Shown here: piece after piece, positions 37,221 to 49,094 of the stretch | How positions within the stretch are numbered: the stretch's first letter is position 1 | How the letters are laid out: each line of letters begins with the position of its first letter | Source: Chara braunii | Taxonomy: Eukaryota; Plantae; Charophyceae | NCBI GenBank assembly: GCA_003427395.1 | Contig: BFEA01000008.1 | Span: forward strand, 1,655,681 to 1,719,680 | Reading direction: 5' to 3' | Length of the DNA stretch: 64,000 bases | Program-made: the position numbers and the translations under genes | The notes under the pieces: model-generated | What the model saw: the letters and a program-made list of their open reading frames with translations, nothing else | Told to the model about the DNA's origin: nothing | Databases searched by the model: none

Positions 37221-40200
37221 GTTGGGAAGAAGTTTGGCGAGGAAATAGGCGGTGGTGGTTATGGGGTTGTCTAGCGGGATATGCCGGGCCTGGTCCGAGG
37301 TACCGCCGTCTCCTCTTTGGACTGCTAAGGTTTCACTGCTATAGGGGCGTTTGACCTTACCTGCCGATGAGGTGGAGGATTATGTTGGGGTGGTCTTGGA
37401 CTCAATCCGCTCCTTGGTCTCCTGCAGCCGTTTAAGGTCCTTCAAGATTGCTGAGAGGGAGTATGTCATAATGTCGGGCTGTTGCTGTGCGCTTCCTGCT
37501 GAGGAATCCATCATCATGATGGTTGTGTCCTATGTATCCCCAGCGGCCGCAGGCATGACCGCGGCCCGCGGTCGAGGCCGCAAGGCCGAGGTCATGATCG
37601 CTGCGGGCGCGGTCGAAATCGGCGTGCTGCGGCCAAGGGGAGGGGGGTCTTGCCGATCGGGGTCGGGATTCCAACGGNNNNNNNNNNNNNNNNNNNNNNN
37701 NNNNNNNNNNNNNNNNNNNNNNNNNNNNNNNNNNNNNNNNNNNNNNNNNNNNNNNNNNNNNNNNNNNNNNNNNNNNNNNNNNNNNNNNNNNNNNNNNNNN
37801 NNNNNNNNNNNNNNNNNNNNNNNNNNNNNNNNNNNNNNNNNNNNNNNNNNNNNNNNNNNNNNNNNNNNNNNNNNNNNNNNNNNNNNNNNNNNNNNNNNNN
37901 NNNNNNNNNNNNNNNNNNNNNNNNNNNNNNNNNNNNNNNNNNNNNNNNNNNNNNNNNNNNNNNNNNNNNNNNNNNNNNNNNNNNNNNNNNNNNNNNNNNN
38001 NNNNNNNNNNNNNNNNNNNNNNNNNNNNNNNNNNNNNGGATGCATACACTCTTCTCCTCTGAGTCTCTTGCGTTTTTCCTTTGTTCTTTTTTCCTTGTCT
38101 CCTTTTTCCTCTTTCCTCTTTCTTTCCCTTTTCTTTTTCTTTTCCTTTTTTCTTTTCTTTCTTTTTTTTCTCCTTTTCTGTTCCTTTGTCTTTTTTCTTT
38201 TTTCTTTTTTCTTTTTCTTTTTCTTTTTCTTCTCTCTCCTTGTTTGTTTTTTCTTCCCTCCCCCCTCCCCCCTCCCCCCTCCCCCCTTCCCCCCCTTTTT
38301 TTCTCACTCTGTTTTTCTTGGGTCCCCCTTTTTTTACGATTGAATCGGCAAAGCAGCAGGGAAGCGCGACCCCGGCCAAATAAAAATTGAACCCTCACAC
38401 GCCAGGTTAAAGATAAGGGGAGTAGCTCGCTCTCGGATCGTGACGAATAACTCGCAGGGTAGGGGGACCTTCAGGATCGTTGCCCCACGGTACACATAGT
38501 TTTTTGACTGCGCAAATTCAATTTTCTGATTAGCCCACCATTCGCTTGGTCCTTTCAGTTTTCAAATTTCCCCGCCCCTGTTCCTTGTTTCTTTTTTCTT
38601 TTTTCTTTTTTCTTTCTCCTTTTTCCTTATTTGTTTTTCCTTTTTTCTTCTTTTTTTCTGTACGTAGGATAGGCATGCGTAAATGGATGGATAGTGGCGA
38701 TAGCTTGTATCGGAAGGCTGTAGTTTAGGAACCTGCACCGCGGCTATATATAAACAGTACGCAGGGGTTCTATTCATCAGAACACCATGCGTTTAGCATC
38801 TGATCAACGGGAGAGCCGTTTTTTTCGCGAATGCGAAGGGTGGTCGGATCGACGGGCAATATGGACTTCTTTGCGGACTAGGACCTGAATGAGGAGCAGA
38901 GGAACGAAGAGGAAGTGGTAATGTTGCTGGACAACGGCACCTTCCCGGTTCTGTGACCATACCCCGGCGCCTGAGCACTTCGAGACTGGGCATCATGCAT
39001 ACGGCCTCTACCTGCCCCGCCGAACCTGCTCCGGCCAGCTTGACCCCCACACCAACACGAAGCGTCGCCTTTGTACTCCTCCTCCTCCTAGCCCTGCTTC
39101 CCAATCTCGTCATAGCTTGTGCGCTGGTGGTTGCTTGCCTCTCGGAGGACGTGTTTCTTCAACTTTCGACGAGACGCTTCGCATGTCTGCTCTGCTGCAC
39201 CATCTGCTTCGCGACCTTCTTTCTCGCCTGCTGCTGCTGCCTCTTTTTTGTCGTAGGTGCTCCAGGGGTGGCGTGAGCGCTAGTCGAAGCAACTGAGTTT
39301 AGTAGGAGGCGAGGCGATGGAGCGTAGATCCGCGGCGGAGGAGTCGGCTTGCGCCTTTCTGGCCTTTCTCTCATTCCTCTCCTTCCTCTCCTTCCTTTAC
39401 TTCATCCCCTCCCTTCCCTACCCCTCNNNNNNNNNNNNNNNNNNNNNNNNNNNNNNNNNNNNNNNNNNNNNNNNNNNNNNNNNNNNNNNNNNNNNNNNNN
39501 NNNNNNNNNNNNNNNNNNNNNNNNNNNNNNNNNNNNNNNNNNNNNNNNNNNNNNNNNNNNNNNNNNNNNNNNNNNNNNNNNNNNNNNNNNNNNNNNNNNN
39601 NNNNNNNNNNNNNNNNNNNNNNNNNNNNNNNNNNNNNNNNNNNNNNNNNNNNNNNNNNNNNNNNNNNNNNNNNNNNNNNNNNNNNNNNNNNNNNNNNNNN
39701 NNNNNNNNNNNNNNNNNNNNNNNNNNNNNNNNNNNNNNNNNNNNNNNNNNNNNNNNNNNNNNNNNNNNNNNNNNNNNNNNNNNNNNNNNNNNNNNNNNNN
39801 NNNNNNNNNNNNNNNNNNNNNNNNNNNNNNNNNNNNNNNNNNNNNNNNNNNNNNNNNNNNNNNNNNNNNNNNNNNNNNNNNNNNNNNNNNNNNNNNNNNN
39901 NNNNNNNNNNNNNNNNNNNNNNNNNNNNNNNNNNNNNNNNNNNNNNNNNNNNNNNNNNNNNNNNNNNNNNNNNNNNNNNNNNNNNNNNNNNNNNNNNNNN
40001 NNNNNNNNNNNNNNNNNNNNNNNNNNNNNNNNNNNNNNNNNNNNNNNNNNNNNNNNNNNNNNNNNNNNNNNNNNNNNNNNNNNNNNNNNNNNNNNNNNNN
40101 NNNNNNNNNNNNNNNNNNNNNNNNNNNNNNNNNNNNNNNNNNNNNNNNNNNNNNNNNNNNNNNNNNNNNNNNNNNNNNNNNNNNNNNNNNNNNNNNNNNN

Positions 40201-40629
40201 NNNNNNNNNNNNNNNGGTCTTTCCTTCCAAGCCTTTGGGACCACATGAATGACTCGATGGCAGGGATGCGGAACGGGCAGTGTGACGTATAGTAATAATT
40301 TTTTTTGCAAATATAAACTGATCGTAATGTCTTTGTCCTCTTAAAAGTTGGCCTTCATCGAGATTACTTGTTCTCCTTCCTTTCTATTTTCTCCCTTCCC
40401 TCCTCTCGCTCTCCTCTCTCCTTGTGCCTTCCTTTCTCCCTCGCTCTCTTTCTCTCCCTTCCCTGGTTTTATGCTATGGATGACGTTTCCGCTTTTTTTT
40501 CGCTGTCAAAAAGTGCTTCGTCGTATGGCATCCTGATTGGTGTGTCCCAATGAAATACTGTTTTGATCGCATCTATGCCTTAGTGAGTATGTGTTTGTTT
40601 TCAATACTTGCTCTGTCAAATGATTACAA

Positions 40630-41190
40630 ATTAATGATGATGATAATGATGATGATGATGACGCACAGCGCCCTGTGGTGACAAAAGGATTATGATGGTG
40701 CTAATGACGAGCACCTTTGATGATAACCTGATGATGATGATGATAAGGGTGAGCAGTGCCCTATGGGGACGAGCTTCGCCAACAGCACCCTATGATGGTG
40801 AACTATTGATGATGGCAAATGATATTGACGTAATGATAATGATGATGATGATAACGAGCAGCCCCAGCGGCGCCCTATGAAGACGAACTGATGATGATCA
40901 TCATCATGATGAGCAGCGTCGATAATGACGCGACCCACACCTTGATGTTGATGACGAGCGGCACCCTGCTGATGATGATGGTGATGACGTCTGATGCTGA
41001 TGGCGAACCATTACCGTGATGATGATGTCGAACCACGCCCTGGTGATTATGATGATGACGACGAGAAGCACCCTGATGACGATGACAAACCCTTATTGTG
41101 ATGATGGTGTCGAACCGCGCCCTGTTGATGATGGTGCTGGTGATGATCAGCTTCCCGTGGCTGATGTCGAGCAGCGCCCTGATTATGCTG
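40630..41190. repeat. (GAT)n-rich degenerate minisatellite with recurring gc(a/g)ccct
   Basis: Directly visible low-complexity units. Confidence 0.8.
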
Positions 41191-41536
41191 ACACCCCACT
41201 TCCTCATGATTGCAGTCGCCACTGCGCTCACAGTTCAGTTTACCAAGGGCTGACTCCACTGTACTCCACAGGCGTCGACGTAGCCAACGCCTCTCAGGCC
41301 ATATGCCACGTGCAAAAATGCAGCAGCAATGGAGTGAAACGTGGAACTCCCAGAAGAAAAAAAGCCAACTTGAGTTTCCTAATCGTTTTTCTTTTTTTTC
41401 CTCTCGTCCTGTTTCTTTTATTTTTTCATTTTCTTCTTTTCTTTTTTTCGTGTTTAAATGAAATCTCCCTAGAGTAAAACACTTCTTGGCCTTGTTTTGC
41501 GCAATACCACACGTTGAATAGGCCCTGAGGTTCCTT

Positions 41537-41570
<34 letters not shown>

Positions 41571-42126
41571 CCTGAGGTTCCTTCTTGTTTCCTACTCGGA
41601 ATGATGTGAGTACGCCATTTGCCGCTTTGCTTCGTGTTGGATGTGTGGACTGCCTCGTCTGTGCTCCGCTGCTGCCTTGCTGCCTGTCCCGCTTGCTTCG
41701 CATGCGGTTCTCTGCAAGTTGATGTGTTCGCTGTGTGGTGTGGCCGTGTTGTTGGTGTTGCCTTGTGCCTTTTGTGTTTGCTGCTTGCATGCCTTGTAGG
41801 TTGGTTGCCTTGTTGCTGGTGCCTTGTACTTCGGTGCACGGTTGCCGAGCTGCTGGTCCGCTCGCCCTGTCGTCCATTGCAGTTTGGTTGCCTTGCTTGT
41901 GTTGCCTTGTGCTTCACTACACGGTTGATGTGCTGTTCATTTGCCATCCAGTTCCCGTGTCATTCCTTGCAGTTGTATTTGGTGCTGAGCAGCTGTGTTG
42001 CCTCGACAGCGTTGCCTGGTGCTTTGCTGGGTTGCTGCCCGCTGCTGTGTTCCATTCGGGGTACAGTCTGCCTTCAACAAGGGTCAAAGGGTTCATGACC
42101 CAAACCATCCAATACGAAGATTCTGC

Positions 42127-42182
42127 AGATTGTCAAGGGTTCATCCTCCTGATGAGTCGGTGCAACTCCGACGAAACAATCT
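42127..42182 (+). ncRNA. Type III hammerhead ribozyme
   Basis: agauuG-UC | aagg-guucau-ccuc | CUGAUGA | gucgg-ugcaacu-ccgac | GAAA | caaucu. Predicted cleavage after C42134. The first stem I pair is an A-C mismatch. Confidence 0.85.
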
Positions 42183-43917
42183 ATCATCGGTATTTTAATT
42201 GAAATGAATCGTTTTTTTCCATCAGTTTTTTTTTTTTTTTCGCTTTGTGTTTTTTTGCTACTTGTTCTTTTGTCTGCCTTGTTGTCTTGTTGTCATGCTG
42301 CTTCTTGACTTCCTGTTTGTCTTTTCTTGCTTAGTGTTGTTCGCCTACCCACCCACCTCCCCCATGCCCTCCAGCCTACGTTCCGTGCTGTTGCTTTACT
42401 GCCCTAGTGCTACTTCTTGACTTGTTGTTGCCTCCTCATTCTTCTGCCTAGTGCTGTTTGTCTGCCCGCCTGCCTCCCCCATGCCCTCCACCCTTTGTTC
42501 TTTGCTGCGGCTTGTCGTCCAAGTGCCATGTTGCGTCTTGACCTTTGGCTTGCCATTTTGTTTGCCTTGGTGTACTTGCCGTGCCGTTGGTTGGGTTGGT
42601 TTTTGTTTATGTTTTTCTTTTTTGTTTCATGGCGTTTGAAAGCTGGACATTATAAGCATTCTTTTCAATAGGCATCCTGGGCTGAGGCTCTTTCCCTGTG
42701 TTGTTTATAAGCACACCTTCCGACGCAACATGCCGCGGCACGGTTGCGGGAACCTCGTACCACAAACAAACACACACAAGTGGGCAGGAAAAGCAGTGAG
42801 GGGTTGTTTCAAATTATGCCCAGCCACAGTTCTCGACAAGGAATCTGAGGGTCTCTGTGGCAGGATTACTGACACCCTGACAGTCTGACACGAAACGAAG
42901 GCTCAGACTCAGTGGACCCCACAGGAAGGAGTTGCTTGAAAGCAGTGGTGGTGGGTACACAACAGACATGTTTCGGTGCGTGGCTGCAGTGTTATGCTAG
43001 TGCCAAGTCTGACATGTCAGCGTCAGAGTGGCAAGAAGCTTGGTCTGTACTCTTCGCATTCACTTTGAAAACAAGCCAAAAAAAAAAAAAAAAAAAAGTT
43101 GAACACAGTGTGCAGTGGGCCCTGACAATCTCGATATCTTTCAGAAAATAATGGCTCTCATTGAGCGCTGGCTAGCTGTAAAGGATTAATCATGTCCGGA
43201 GTGGTGGCTAGGAATGATGAACAAGGACCCTTAAAGCATCTAAGCCTAAGTTTTTTTTCTTTTTTTTCTTTTTTCTTTTTCCAGACTGTCTCACTTACTA
43301 CTGCCAGCTGCTACTGAAACAGTAACAGCAAAACAGTAACAGCAACAGCAACAGCAACAGCTGAGTGTTATTTTGTCCTTCATAACCAATGGCATCTGCA
43401 GGCTGGGGGAGAGAGGGGGGAAGAGACACCTGGACACTAGGCAGACTGGAGTCAGAATCTCATTTATACCGTTCTCATTCATTCCATTTTAACTTTTCGA
43501 ATTCTTACAATAAACGTTATGAAGGACAGTCAAGGACTTGGGATTCTGTAGTAGTCTCGTCTCGGCATTGTTCAAAGGAAAAAAAAGAAAAAAAAGCATT
43601 GTTCGAAGAAAAAAGAAGGAAAAAAAAGGGAAAAAATAAGGAGGACGTTGGATTCTGGATATTGATTGGGCATATTATATGGGCCACTGTCAGCAGTGTG
43701 AGGCTGTCATCAGATTTGCAGAAGAACTTGAAACCAGGCCAGGTGCAAGGCACCTCCAAGTTCCTGGGATTCTTCAGTCCTGACCATTGATCTTTCCCAG
43801 TTCCTTTTTTTTTTTTTTTTTTTTTGAACAGCACGGAGGTATGCTAGCAGTGGTGATAGGAGCGGGCTGAGCAGCTGCTGCTAGCATCCCTGAGGCTATG
43901 GCTATAGTCTGCACCTT

Positions 43918-44084
43918 GGGCGAGGTCCCACTAGCAAAGAGGATGGGATTGAATGCCTGAATCTGGACATGTTTGTGGAGGCATGCAGGAAATCGAGATT
44001 GAACTGCTTCTCTGCATCTGGGCATAAAACACATCAAGATTCAGGAGCTTAATCCTGTCCCCTTTGCTAGTGGGACCTCCGGCC
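43918..44084. mobile_element. Harbinger-like MITE with the same TIR family as 8278-11687
   Basis: gggcgaggtcccactagcaaag / ctttgctagtgggacctc, flanks CTT and CTG. Confidence 0.7.
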
Positions 44085-44984
44085 CTGCTGGAAAATAGGC
44101 CCAGCATCCCTTCCATGAGAAACATGATGAGAACAAGGAGTACACAATGATAATGGTGGGGTTGATGGGGAGGGTGAGAGACTGCCTCTTTAACCTGCAA
44201 GTGGCCCCCTGCAGCTCGCGGGCTGCGGCACCTGGTGACCCTGTATTACCACTTAAAAATGTGGTATTCTTGTTAAGTGGGGCCTCACCCCAGGATTGTA
44301 TGATATGGCCCTTCTCTGCACTGTTGCAAGTACTAAACCTTGAAGTTCCCCTAATATGTTTGTTCAGGTCCTAGTACAGACACCACAGACCCACATCCCC
44401 TTCAATGGAAGTGGGACGCTGGACCCGTTTTCCAGCAGGGGGGGTGATGTCTTTTGTCTGCCTGTTGTTGTTCTCACAACTTCTCAGCCAAAGCCGGGTG
44501 ATGGCCCTGGTACCTGAAAGTTTTCCTATGTATTATCAATTGCTGCCAAAGGGACGCTGGACCCGTTTAACTTAGCGATAGTTGCCAAACGGCTTACTCT
44601 TTTCCTGTCAGATGCTAGCACTTTCATCATCTGTAAGTAGTAGTCCAACCATGCAGTGCAAGGAAGAAGATTACAAAGATAGTCAAACCATGGAGAGAGT
44701 AGAAGTCTTAGAGCAAGCAGAAGAAAGGTAGATGGGGAGGAAAGATGGCATAGAGTGATGACATAGTAGCCTTTAGAGAGAACAAGAGGGAGAGAGGTGA
44801 CGAGGAAGTAGAACAAGGGTAGATGGGGAGCAAAGATGACACATTAGCTATTAGTTATGACATTGTAGCTATCAGAGAGGGGTGCCGTATCCCCTAACGC
44901 GCTCTTGGCCCTCTGCCTCCCATAACGGCTTATCAGAGGGTGTAGTCCATTGGCTCCCAATAGACAGAGAAATTGTGGTTGGTA

Positions 44985-45009
44985 GAGGGATAGAGATAGA
45001 TAGATAGAG

Positions 45010-45083
<74 letters not shown>

Positions 45084-45084
45084 N

Positions 45085-45162
<78 letters not shown>
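44985..45162. repeat. (GATA)n-(GA)n microsatellite
   Basis: Directly visible. It abuts the LINE 3' end. Confidence 0.95.
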
Positions 45163-45164
<2 letters not shown>

Positions 45165-48100
45165 GAGCAGACACCTCTAGCACCCGGGGAGAGGCTCCAT
45201 CTATTGGTGGGGAGCAGCACCTGCTGGAAAACGGGTCCAGCGTCCCTTACACGGAATCAATGAGCATAAAGAGACCGGAGGTGGAGCCTGCCAGCATTGA
45301 TTGCTCTGGATTCCAGAGGATTAACTGAGCAGGTTTGTGGGGATTCTGTACAGAGGTAGATGATAAGAGAGCTTGCCAATGCGAAAAGCACTGATCTTCA
45401 ACTGAATAGCAAAACCTACTGTTTTTGAGGGGAGGGGGACACCTCTTCACCCTGAAGCGGGCGCCAGAAATCTGCTACAACAAAGCTGGTTCCTCACTCC
45501 CTCCCGTACCAGTCTAGTCCTACCACACAGTTGGAGGGAGGGGGGAAGGGGTCGGGGAAATCAAGGGCAGGTCGCAAGGGAATTGCCGAATCGATCTTGG
45601 TCCACTCGTGAAACAGGAGCCGATAGTCTCTCACCAGGTCAGCCCTCCCTTGTCCCCCCCCTGGATCACTTTGTCCACCTTTCCACTCCACACCCCTATC
45701 CTCCCCCCTTTTTCCCTTCCAAGCCAGCTCAGGCTGAATTCCTTGATTTTCTGAAGGATATCTTTTGGTGAGTTTAAATGCTGGATTCGTTCCCTAACCC
45801 TTTCCCATTGTGCCCTTATTTCAGTCTGGATCTGCTGCTGGATGCTTTCTGTGAACTCCGGGCCTTCCAGTCTGGCTCTTTCCATTTCATAAGTGCACCG
45901 TCTTCGCCAGAGGGCCCAAAGCACTGCCCTGCGGCCCAGTTTGAACAAATTACTTGTGAAATCGTCTAACTGGTTCATAGTGAGGACCTCGCATAACAAG
46001 GCTTTCCAATCCCAAGGCCACCGAATCTGGGTCCCCAATTGGTCCCATATTCTGTCCCACCATCTCCATAACCACACTGCGCCCGGGCATTGAAGAAAGA
46101 TGTGTTCTATCGTTTCCGGTATCTTCCTGGAGGGGAACGCGTCGGTGCAAAGCCTACACCAGGGGAGGGTTTGCCCTCGCTGTTCCAGGTTCGTCCTGTC
46201 TATGAGCCAATCATTTGTTGGCAGACAGCGGTGATCGATCTGCAATTGCATCGAAGCAAATTTTGCCGGTTTTTCCTTGATCAGTCTGAACCATTTTATT
46301 CCCCTCAGCTTGTTCTTATCAATATTCAGATGGTTCATCCAGCGTGCCTCCACCCGATCCCGGAGGTTTATTCTTGGCCTAAGGAGTCTATAAGTCGATT
46401 TGACTGTGAGACCGTATAATGATGTTGTGGTTTTCCTGCCCTTCCCTGCAGCTGTTGTCCACGACCATTCCACGGGGTCCAGAGCGAGCAGGTGGATCGG
46501 GGTTTGGGGGCAGTAGGCTATCTCTTGCTCCTTTTCATGAAGAACTCTGATTCTGAGGAGGTCTTCTTTCTGGCATAGGATTGTTTCTTTCGGGGAAGTT
46601 CTTTGGAGGATGTTTTTCCAGCCTATTTGGTAGAGTACAACTCTTATCGATCCGTCTGTCTCGTAGTGCGCTATGTTGCCCACCTGATTCGAGCGGTCTT
46701 TCACTGCCACCCAATCTGATCTCTGGAGGGTTGGGCCTTTCCTTAGGGTTCTCCACCAGGCCAAGGGGATCTTATCAATCAGGCCGTCTAGGGCTTCTTC
46801 CAGGTGGTGACAATAGCGCAGTTTTTCTCTCAGCCTGTCCGGGTCGATCCAGTTCCTTTGATCCCTGTCCCATATATCCTCTATCCTAGTCACCCCGCGC
46901 TTCACCCAGCCCGACCACGACGATGCCATGCAATGAAGAGTTTGCCCCCTTGAATCGGTTATCCATCTATTCCCAAAAAGTGGTTGTCGTGCCGCCTCCT
47001 CCCATCTTTCTGGTGGGGTTTTGTCCGACAGGGGCAGGCTCCTCCATGTTTTGAGGAGGTCCGGGCAGAACGGGTCGTTGTGCAGGTCAACCCTTGCTGC
47101 TTGTCGAGGTGAGATGGAGGGGGGATGACCTTGCTGTTGGTGCGTGACCCTTCTCGGGATGGGCCATCCCCTGTTTTCAAGCCACATCAGTGGATCTTTC
47201 CCTTCCCCTGTCTGTGGTGCTAAACGGACGATCTGTTCCTGGGCTAGCCCCTTCCATGAAGTATCTTGACAAAATAGCACACGTTTGAGCCATTGCAACG
47301 CTAGTGCCTTCGTTTGTAGCGCCGGATCTAGTATGCCCGGGCCACCGCTGGCCTTCGGTTGGATCAAGGATTGCCAAGCGACTCTGCTGATGACATTTTG
47401 CTCTTCGTGGTCTCCCCTCCACAGAAAGGCAGCGATCTGTCGCTGCAGGGGGCGTAGGGTGCTCTTGTCCAAGGCCCAGATGGCTGACTTGTACCACATG
47501 GAGGCGAGTATCACATTATTTATTATGAGTGAGCGCCCTATCAGCGAGGTATGTTTGTCCTTCCATAGTGTCATCTTCTCACGAGGCAGGCCTGAAATCC
47601 ATTCGTTATTAGTGGTCGGCCTCCCTTCTGCCGACATGAGCACCCCCAACACCCTGATCGGGGCTTCCTTTGGGAGCCATTTTATGCTGGGTTCTTCTGG
47701 GGGTCTCACTCCTCGGTGGCGAATCCACCAGCCCTGGGTTTTGTTGCCCCAGTTGACTTTCATATCTGCTAATCTACGGAAGCGGTCCATCATGTGTTGG
47801 ACTTCAGCCATCGATTCGTGGGAGGCTTCCGTCATTACTGTGAGGTCGTCTGCAAAAAGAGAGCAGACCGGAACTGCTTCCTGCGGAATTGACGATATTT
47901 GTATTCTTCTGATGCTCCCGTGTCTCCTCAAGTTGGCTGCCAACGCCTCCATTACTATTACAAATAAATACGGGGCTAGAGGGTCGCCTTGTCTTACTGA
48001 TCGCTGAAGCTTAATGGGTGGGGCCAGGTTACCGTTCACCATCACTCTAGTTGTTGCATTCGTGTGAAGGATCCTGACCCACCGTCTGAAGGTTGGACCG

Positions 48101-48436
48101 AAGTTGAGTTTCTCTAGGCATTTATCGAGGAACAACCAGTCCACATGGTCATATGCTTTCTCAAAGTCGATAAAAATGATTGCTGCGTTATTCCTTGACT
48201 GCCGTGTTAGTTTAATTATTTCGTTGACCAGGAGGACGTTGTCCTGGATGGTCCTTGAATAAAGCCAGTTTGGTCTGGATGTATGATGATAGGCATGACT
48301 GACATCATTCGGTTGGCCAGGGCTTTTGCCATTAGTTTGTAGACGACTGTCAGCAGGGTGATGGGTCGGTAGTTCCTAATGTTGGTCCTTGCCCCTTTCT
48401 TGTATAGGAGCATCAGGACCCCCTGACCAACAAATG
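45165..48436 (-). mobile_element. 5'-truncated, relatively young L1/Tx1-type LINE
   Basis: 837-aa open frame covering RT to zinc finger, plus a frameshifted RT N-terminus and C-terminal tail. Module at 45194-45246. Confidence 0.93.
45631..48144 (-). CDS. LINE ORF2 fragment (RT, SH3/Tudor-like insert, CCHC zinc finger)
   Basis: VRQGDPLAPYLF, LFADD, CRLC..ETIEHIFLQC. Confidence 0.88.
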   Translation of the reverse strand: MDWLFLDKCLEKLNFGPTFRRWVRILHTNATTRVMVNGNLAPPIKLQRSVRQGDPLAPYLFVIVMEALAANLRRHGSIRRIQISSIPQEAVPVCSLFADDLTVMTEASHESMAEVQHMMDRFRRLADMKVNWGNKTQGWWIRHRGVRPPEEPSIKWLPKEAPIRVLGVLMSAEGRPTTNNEWISGLPREKMTLWKDKHTSLIGRSLIINNVILASMWYKSAIWALDKSTLRPLQRQIAAFLWRGDHEEQNVISRVAWQSLIQPKASGGPGILDPALQTKALALQWLKRVLFCQDTSWKGLAQEQIVRLAPQTGEGKDPLMWLENRGWPIPRRVTHQQQGHPPSISPRQAARVDLHNDPFCPDLLKTWRSLPLSDKTPPERWEEAARQPLFGNRWITDSRGQTLHCMASSWSGWVKRGVTRIEDIWDRDQRNWIDPDRLREKLRYCHHLEEALDGLIDKIPLAWWRTLRKGPTLQRSDWVAVKDRSNQVGNIAHYETDGSIRVVLYQIGWKNILQRTSPKETILCQKEDLLRIRVLHEKEQEIAYCPQTPIHLLALDPVEWSWTTAAGKGRKTTTSLYGLTVKSTYRLLRPRINLRDRVEARWMNHLNIDKNKLRGIKWFRLIKEKPAKFASMQLQIDHRCLPTNDWLIDRTNLEQRGQTLPWCRLCTDAFPSRKIPETIEHIFLQCPGAVWLWRWWDRIWDQLGTQIRWPWDWKALLCEVLTMNQLDDFTSNLFKLGRRAVLWALWRRRCTYEMERARLEGPEFTESIQQQIQTEIRAQWERVRERIQHLNSPKDILQKIKEFSLSWLGREKGGRIGVWSGKVDKVIQGGDKGGLTW

Positions 48437-49094
48437 TTGTCCTGCCATTCGAACATTGAACCGACTCCACTAACACACAGGGTAACTGACTACTGTAGCC
48501 CGAGAGTAAACAATCAAACACAATCGGACGAAACCAGCAGAATATTTCCAGAATGTTCCAGAACGGGTGTTAGGTCCTACCGTACTATTATCCCTTCACT
48601 ACCGAGGTTACAACCCTTGGACCAGGTATAAAATTATTGTGGGCGGCTCCCATTCTGCTCCCATTCTGTTTTGGCGAACCGTTTTCTGCAACCGCGCGGC
48701 TTTCTGTGCAAGGCTAGTTCGGGGCTTAAATCGGGATGGCCTGTTGGACTGCATGGGTGCCCTTGCTTTTCTTGTTTTTTGGAACCAAGGTCGGGATAGT
48801 CCCACGACAGTTGGTAGTTGATCGCGCCTTAGCGAGCACGAAGGATAATTGTTGCCATAGCTTCTTTCTTGTTCTGCTGTGGGAAATGAGAATTCTGACG
48901 CGATCGTCCCGCAGGAAAATCTTTTTAAATTTTCCACTGATGTCGAGCCCCCGTGGGCTCTCGGAATTTGCTTCGTTTGAAATTTCTTTTTCCAATGAGG
49001 ATTTAGATTAAACATTTGGGCGCATCTCAATTTTCTGCTGCACGGCGCTTCCTGCTTGCACACGCTTGTCCGCATCAGGATCTGTGCTCTAACT

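Noticed and set aside
38793-39420. GC-rich ORFs next to a gap
   Set aside because: Low complexity, stop-interrupted, no recognisable motif
41047-42202. Cys/Leu- or Gln/His-rich ORFs
   Set aside because: Translations of low-complexity trinucleotide-rich DNA
57-45246. The recurring ~53-bp motif as a CRISPR repeat
   Set aside because: Dispersed, in both orientations, irregularly spaced, tied to LINE tails; no cas genes and a eukaryotic context
47285-48007. Plus-strand ORFs overlapping LINE and Gypsy coding regions
   Set aside because: Antisense shadows of real minus-strand ORFs
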